Of a DNA stretch of 64,000 nt, positions 58,887 to 64,000 are shown piece after piece. Source of the stretch: a virus. The notes beneath the pieces are model-generated. The model was given only the letters and a program-made list of their open reading frames with translations, was not told the origin of the DNA and ran no database searches. A program made the translations under genes and the position numbers. The stretch lies in IMG/VR virus record IMGVR_UViG_3300042352_001346, positions 16,909-80,908 of that record, one strand, 5' to 3'. How positions within the stretch are numbered: position 1 is the first letter of the stretch; the number at the start of each line of letters is the position of its first letter.

Positions 58887-59660
58887 ATGAATAATCAATA
58901 TATAGAATTGCTTGAATTGTATAAAAAAGCATTTGAAATTAGAGATAAATATGGTGTAATTATACACTCTATGATTGGTAATAGACAAGGTTTTAATATC
59001 GAATCAGATATTTGGGATTGGAATCTTAAAAGTGACATTTATTGGACTGCTTGTTTGATAAATGAAAAAACTGGTAAATGGATTGGTTATGAAGGAGATT
59101 GTAAAGGTATTCAATATACTTCCGAAGTAGGATTTGATACTGAAAAAGAAGCTTTAGAAGATGGTTTTATTTTATTTGAAAAATGGAAAAATAATCCATT
59201 ATTAAATGATAATACTCGTCGTTTATTTATTGAATTAGAAGAAGTAGATGATAAGCATTTAAAATCATTAGCAAAATGTTTTAACATTAAAGATGATGAT
59301 TGGAAGTTTGATAAAATATTTGATAGTGAAAGTGTTTATGATATATATAGTGTATTAGATAGTATTGAAGAAAGTGATGAAATTTATGCTGATACTGCTT
59401 TAGTTAATTCACTTTTTAGTATGGGAAGTGGTAATTTATTTAATTCATTAATGCATCATGCAATTTCAAGAAATATTAAAGATAAAAAAATCTTTATATT
59501 TAGAAAACAAAAAGAAATTCATTGGGATAATTTAAAAAGAAAGTTATTTATATCTACTTTTGTCAATAATAATAATCAATTATTTGTAATTGATGAAGAT
59601 ACAAGTGATTGTTATAAATGGAAATTAGTAGATGTTAGTTCAATTATTGAAGAAATGTAA
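58887..59660 (+). CDS. Hypothetical protein
   Basis: 257-aa ORF. Confidence 0.5.
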   Translation: MNNQYIELLELYKKAFEIRDKYGVIIHSMIGNRQGFNIESDIWDWNLKSDIYWTACLINEKTGKWIGYEGDCKGIQYTSEVGFDTEKEALEDGFILFEKWKNNPLLNDNTRRLFIELEEVDDKHLKSLAKCFNIKDDDWKFDKIFDSESVYDIYSVLDSIEESDEIYADTALVNSLFSMGSGNLFNSLMHHAISRNIKDKKIFIFRKQKEIHWDNLKRKLFISTFVNNNNQLFVIDEDTSDCYKWKLVDVSSIIEEM

Positions 59661-59670
59661 AATTAAAATT

Positions 59671-59952
59671 ATGCAAAATTTAGCTTTGCTTAGCCAAGCA
59701 GATATTGAAAGGAAGTTAAAATTACCTATTCTTTTAGGAGAAGGACAAAATAGTGATTATTTAGTACAATTATTTTATAATCCTTATGCTGCTGGTTCTT
59801 TTAAAGATTATACTGTAAAAGTATTTGATAAGAAATTTGGCAGTAGCGAACATGGAAAAAATGAATATGAAGGCATACACTTGGTAAGTGCAATTGAAAC
59901 TTATAATAAATGTATCGAAAAATTTCAAATTGTAAAAGATGCAAACATATAA
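59671..59952 (+). CDS. Hypothetical protein
   Basis: Start probably ATG 59671 (MQNLALL). Confidence 0.45.
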   Translation: MQNLALLSQADIERKLKLPILLGEGQNSDYLVQLFYNPYAAGSFKDYTVKVFDKKFGSSEHGKNEYEGIHLVSAIETYNKCIEKFQIVKDANI

Positions 59953-60247
59953 TAAAACATCTTCATCCTTTACTAAAGGAGATATTTCACTATTACCTAT
60001 TTCAGTATTAGCTGAAATTAAAAAAATAATTGGTTATCAAAATTTTCAATATAAAGAATGTTTTGAAGAAAAAAATGGTTGTATAATTGTTTATACCAAT
60101 GAAAGAAAATTATTTATTTATCCAAGTACTAAAAAAGTTGTAGCTGAAATGCCTTCTGTAAAAGTATCTAAATGGATTGCAAAAGTTGAACAATATTTAA
60201 TAACATTTGAAAATACATTAGAAGATGAAGTTTCTAACTCACTTTAA
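59939..60247 (+). CDS. Hypothetical protein
   Basis: 102 aa; ATTGTAAA box at 59929 before the ATG. Confidence 0.5.
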   Translation: MQTYNKTSSSFTKGDISLLPISVLAEIKKIIGYQNFQYKECFEEKNGCIIVYTNERKLFIYPSTKKVVAEMPSVKVSKWIAKVEQYLITFENTLEDEVSNSL

Positions 60248-60419
60248 TAAAGAACATTTTAATTTCTATAAAAGAGTTGCTGCAGGTGTTAATAAAATAA
60301 TAGGTAAAAAAGCTATAAATGTAAAATTATCTATTTCTGGTTTAAGAGGGGTAATAGAATATGATTGTTCTGAAATAGAATTATTAATTTATTATAAAAT
60401 TGCAGCTAAATATTGCTAA
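60225..60419 (+). CDS. Hypothetical protein
   Basis: 64-aa ORF in a tightly packed run. Confidence 0.4.
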   Translation: MKFLTHFNKEHFNFYKRVAAGVNKIIGKKAINVKLSISGLRGVIEYDCSEIELLIYYKIAAKYC

Positions 60420-60420
60420 A

Positions 60421-60654
60421 ATGAAAGAAGAAATAACAAAAATAATCAATACTCATTTTGTAGCTGGTAAAACAGATATAGAACAAGCTACAACTAAAGT
60501 AATTGAGTTATTTGAAAAACAAAATGAAGAACTTATTACAATATTAAATAATTTTAATAAGTATTGCGAATCTAATTCAATTGGAGATAAGATGGCTTTA
60601 TTCAATGACCCTTATTATAAAGCAAAATTATTTTTAAAAAATTTAAAATCATGA
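60421..60654 (+). CDS. Hypothetical protein
   Basis: Start probably ATG 60421 (MKEEITK). Confidence 0.45.
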   Translation: MKEEITKIINTHFVAGKTDIEQATTKVIELFEKQNEELITILNNFNKYCESNSIGDKMALFNDPYYKAKLFLKNLKS

Positions 60655-60878
60655 ATATTTTAACAATTGAACAATTAGATAAATTAGATTTATCTGATTT
60701 GTGTGATTTTATTGAAAATTATGCTATTTTTATTAAAGTAATACCTTGTGAAGATAGACAATATTCTTCTCTTGCTCCTCTTGCCAGTGAAGAGCAAAAA
60801 GAATGTTATAATAATGCAGTTAAAATGTATAATGAAAAAGCTAAATCATGTATTTTTAGATTAATTGTAAAAAAATAA
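60651..60878 (+). CDS. Hypothetical protein
   Basis: 75 aa; ATGA overlap with the previous gene. Confidence 0.45.
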   Translation: MNILTIEQLDKLDLSDLCDFIENYAIFIKVIPCEDRQYSSLAPLASEEQKECYNNAVKMYNEKAKSCIFRLIVKK

Positions 60879-60879
60879 T

Positions 60880-61113
60880 ATGAAAAAAGAAAAAGAAGTT
60901 AAAATAAAAAATAAAAAAATACCAAAAGAAAAGAAAGTTGTTGAATATTTCGATGTAGATAAATTTGCTCAGCAATATTATCCAAATAATAAAGTTTTTG
61001 TTAGTAATAATCATAATTTTGGTGTAAAAGTATATAGTACTAAAAGTATGTTTAGTGGTAAAACATCAACTGCTTCTCAAACATCATTTAAAACAAGAAA
61101 AATTAAAGCGTAA
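60880..61113 (+). CDS. Basic hypothetical protein
   Basis: 77-aa Lys-rich ORF. Confidence 0.45.
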   Translation: MKKEKEVKIKNKKIPKEKKVVEYFDVDKFAQQYYPNNKVFVSNNHNFGVKVYSTKSMFSGKTSTASQTSFKTRKIKA

Positions 61114-61544
61114 TGGCAAAAAAAGCAAAGTTTAAACTTTATTTTAAAGACAGTAATGGTACTGTTAAAGTTATTAAACATCCGTTAATTTTAGGTTTTT
61201 TAGCATCTAAGCTTGAAGAAATTATTGCTGAATTTAATAGATTAAGTTCTAAAAATCACATTCCAAAAGCAGAAGAAGTATTAACTTATTATTACGATAT
61301 CGAACATTTTGTAAAATTTGCAGGTGCTTTTAATCAAGACCCTTCTTTAATAAAAATTAAAGTTAAATTTGAAGCAATTAATGCAGATGGTACAACTGAA
61401 ATTAAAAATGTCTTAGAAAATAGAAAAGGATATACTATTTTTTATGATTCTTACAGACCATTATGTAATATTTGTTTAGTACCTGAAAATAAAATTATTA
61501 AACAATTAGAACAAACTTCTAATAAAGAAAATCCATTTTTATAA
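61113..61544 (+). CDS. Hypothetical protein
   Basis: 143-aa ORF. Confidence 0.5.
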   Translation: MAKKAKFKLYFKDSNGTVKVIKHPLILGFLASKLEEIIAEFNRLSSKNHIPKAEEVLTYYYDIEHFVKFAGAFNQDPSLIKIKVKFEAINADGTTEIKNVLENRKGYTIFYDSYRPLCNICLVPENKIIKQLEQTSNKENPFL

Positions 61545-61551
61545 AGAAAAA

Positions 61552-61649
61552 TTTGGAGAGTTTAAAAATTTTTCGTACCTTCGCAGGAGAAATAATTAAT
61601 ACAAATATATTAAATTTATTTCAATTGTAAAAACTTAAAATTGTAAAAA
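61552..61649 (+). promoter_or_regulatory. Promoter plus conserved hairpin/tandem ATTGTAAA leader
   Basis: TTTG (61552), TAccTTCG (61576), GAAATAA/TTATTTC stem, boxes at 61624 and 61640. Confidence 0.75.
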
Positions 61650-62696
61650 ATGTCTAAGATTCTCGACAAAATCAAAAAATTGTATGATAAAAGTTTATCT
61701 GCAAAAGAATTAGGTAATCAAGCAGAAGCTGAAGCTTTTTTAGCCAAAGCAACTGAATTATTAGCAGAACATAATTTATCATTTTCTGACCTTAAAAGTG
61801 ATGAAGAAAAAGAAGAAGAAATATTTTTTGATGAAGAACAAGGAAGACATTTCCCTTTATATGATAAGCCTGAACAAGGTAGGTGGAGAATGGATTTATT
61901 AGCTACTTTAGCAAAAAATAATTTTTGTACTTGTATTTATAGAGGAAATGGTACAGCTTATTTTAGAGGTTTTTTAATTGGTACACCAACAAATATTGAA
62001 ATAGTAAGATATTTATATGAAATTAGTCAAAATTTATTTCCTGAATTAGCTGCACAATCTTATACAGCTAAAGTTCTTGAAATTAGAAAAGAATTTACAT
62101 ATAAAGGTGTTACAGCTGCAGATGCCCATTCTAATATGATTGATAAAATTCAATTAGAATTAGATAAAATTAGTAATGCATCTTTACTTTCAGCATTTTT
62201 TAGTAAAGACCCTTTAAATCAAACTAAAATAAAAACTTTTAGTCAAGCTTTAAAATTAAAACCAGAAGACTTTATGCCTTCTTCTTATAAAGAAGATATT
62301 TTAAATAAAGTTGAACAAGATTGGATTTTAAAAAATGTTAATAAATTATCTGGTTTAATCTCTGATAGAAGTACATATATTAGAAATTTTTTATTAGGTG
62401 TTCCTCATGGTATTAGCAAAAAAATGCAACAACAAAAAGAAAGTTTTGGTGTTAGAGAAGAAGAAAATAATGTGCCACAAGAAAAAACACTTAATGCTCT
62501 TATAAAAGTAAATAAACAAGATTTGGAAAAATTCATAGATAATAAATTTCCAAATATAAAATCTATTTCAAATGCTTCTTCATCAATTTTTGATAAAAAT
62601 GCATTTAAAGATGGTTTAAAAAGTGGTTTTGATAAATCTTTTAATAGAGGTTTAAATACAAATACTACAAATAGTAAAGTAAATTTATTAAATTAA
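61650..62696 (+). CDS. DUF2786-family protein
   Basis: KILDKIKKL...S......EAEAFLAKATELLAEHNL; W...L...LAKNNFC. Confidence 0.7.
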   Translation: MSKILDKIKKLYDKSLSAKELGNQAEAEAFLAKATELLAEHNLSFSDLKSDEEKEEEIFFDEEQGRHFPLYDKPEQGRWRMDLLATLAKNNFCTCIYRGNGTAYFRGFLIGTPTNIEIVRYLYEISQNLFPELAAQSYTAKVLEIRKEFTYKGVTAADAHSNMIDKIQLELDKISNASLLSAFFSKDPLNQTKIKTFSQALKLKPEDFMPSSYKEDILNKVEQDWILKNVNKLSGLISDRSTYIRNFLLGVPHGISKKMQQQKESFGVREEENNVPQEKTLNALIKVNKQDLEKFIDNKFPNIKSISNASSSIFDKNAFKDGLKSGFDKSFNRGLNTNTTNSKVNLLN

Positions 62697-62719
62697 GATA
62701 CGGATTAGTAAGTATAAAT

Positions 62720-62758
62720 AAAAAACTCTCAAAGATAATTATCAATGAGAGTTTTTTT
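62720..62758 (+). terminator. Intrinsic terminator
   Basis: AAAAAACTCTCA-loop-TGAGAGTTTTTTT. Confidence 0.75.
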
Positions 62759-62810
62759 AACAAAATTGTAAAATTAAATAAACTGTTTTTAATTTTTATG
62801 AACAAAATAG

Positions 62811-64000
62811 ATGAATAATCAAACTTTAGGCAAAAAAACATTTTTACTCAGCGATGAATTTATCCAAAATTATGCTAATAAAAAAGCACCTTTCGGTTTT
62901 AATGGTTTAGGAGAATTAGTTTATATGAGAACTTATTCTCGTTTAAAATGTGATTCATGCGGAGGTTCTCATATTGATAAAGAAAATAATACTACATTTT
63001 GTACTACTTGTGGAAGTAAAAATGTAAGAAATGAAAAATGGTTTGAAACAGTAAGAAGAGTAGTTGAAGGTACTTATTCAATTCAAAAAAATCATATAAA
63101 TTATTATGATTTAGGTTGGGATGAAGAAAAAGCACAAAGAAGTGCTCAAGAAATGTATGAATTAATGTGGTCAATGAAGTTTTTACCTCCTGGTCGTGGA
63201 TTATGGGCTATGGGTACAGATATTCTTGAAAAAAGAGGATTATTTGCAGCATTAAATAATTGTGCATTTGTATCTACAGAAGATATTGATAAAACATTAA
63301 CAAAACCATTTGAATTTTTAATGGATATGTCGATGTTAGGTGTTGGTGTAGGATTCGATGTTCGTGGTGAAGGAAAAATTGAAATAAAAAAACCAAGACC
63401 AACAACAGATACTAATATTTATGTTATTGAAGATAGTAGAGAAGGATGGGTTAAAAGTTTAAAATATGTATTACTTGGATATTTTAAAGGTTATGCTATA
63501 CCTCATTTTGTATATGATGAAATACGTAAAGAAGGTGAACCAGTAAAAACATTTGGTGGTATAGCATGTGGTCCAGGTCCTTTAAAATACATGCATGAAC
63601 AAATATGTAAAATGTTAGATGAATGTATAGGACAACCTATATCAATTACTAATATTGTTAATATTATGAATATGGAAGGTCAATGTGTTGTGGCTGGAGG
63701 TATTCGTAGAACAGCTGAAATTGTATTTGGTCCTCAAGACAATGAAGAATATTTAACTTTAAAAGATTATTATTGGAATGCAGATAAACAATGTTATGAA
63801 GGTAATAAAGTTGAACGTGCAGAATATGGTTGGACTTCTAATAATAGTATTTTTGCAGAAATAGGTCAAGATTATAAAAAAGTAGGTAAACAAACTGCAT
63901 TAAATGGTGAACCTGGTTATGCTTGGCTTGAACAAATGCAAAAATATGGTAGAATAATTGATTTACCAAATTGGAAAGATAAAAAAGCTAAAGGTGGTAA
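62811..64000 (+). CDS. nrdJ: Class II (adenosylcobalamin-dependent) monomeric-type ribonucleotide reductase, truncated by the window end
   Basis: Not in the track; translated by hand: PFGFNGLGELVYMRTYSR, EKWFETVRRVVEG, FLPPGRGLW, LNNCAFVST, LGVGVGFD, DSREGWV, VAGGIRRTAE, SNNS, NGEPG. Confidence 0.88.
   Translation, partial: MNNQTLGKKTFLLSDEFIQNYANKKAPFGFNGLGELVYMRTYSRLKCDSCGGSHIDKENNTTFCTTCGSKNVRNEKWFETVRRVVEGTYSIQKNHINYYDLGWDEEKAQRSAQEMYELMWSMKFLPPGRGLWAMGTDILEKRGLFAALNNCAFVSTEDIDKTLTKPFEFLMDMSMLGVGVGFDVRGEGKIEIKKPRPTTDTNIYVIEDSREGWVKSLKYVLLGYFKGYAIPHFVYDEIRKEGEPVKTFGGIACGPGPLKYMHEQICKMLDECIGQPISITNIVNIMNMEGQCVVAGGIRRTAEIVFGPQDNEEYLTLKDYYWNADKQCYEGNKVERAEYGWTSNNSIFAEIGQDYKKVGKQTALNGEPGYAWLEQMQKYGRIIDLPNWKDKKAKGG

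Noticed and set aside
1-64000. Stop-codon reassignment, tRNA genes, CRISPR arrays, introns or inteins
   Set aside because: Standard-code ORFs tile the window densely, and DnaE, terminase, RecA and helicases are uninterrupted. No cloverleaf or repeat-spacer array was seen by eye; tRNAscan was not run.

Overview
This is a 64 kb, very AT-rich segment of a large contractile-tailed (myovirus-like) dsDNA phage, with essentially all genes on the + strand. The host is most likely a member of the Bacteroidota, because canonical TTTG-N19-21-TAnnTTTG promoters recur and start codons have A-rich leaders without Shine-Dalgarno sites. Gene order: tail chaperones, tape measure and baseplate (with a lysis cassette embedded); tail-fibre-like proteins with a glycosyltransferase; DEDDh exonuclease and terminase; UvrD and UvsE; DnaB and primase; a five-gene amino-acid/polyamine cluster; dUTPase-like and GMP reductase genes; DnaE; SSB, SbcD-RecA-SbcC, endonuclease VII and RuvC; kinase, ThyX and RNase H; small early-type genes; and the start of a class II ribonucleotide reductase. 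The main candidates for new biology are: (1) an agmatinase + deoxyhypusine-synthase-like + ArgZ-like pentein + soluble PSD-fold pyruvoyl decarboxylase + SET methyltransferase cluster, suggesting a non-canonical polyamine or modification pathway; (2) a plant HPAT/SERGT-like glycosyltransferase beside virion proteins with poly-Thr tracts, suggesting virion O-glycosylation; (3) a conserved leader element made of a hairpin plus tandem ATTGTAAA boxes; (4) a GC-rich structured element that folds better on the minus strand, upstream of a double winged-helix gene. All protein calls come from motif recognition by eye; no database searches were run.
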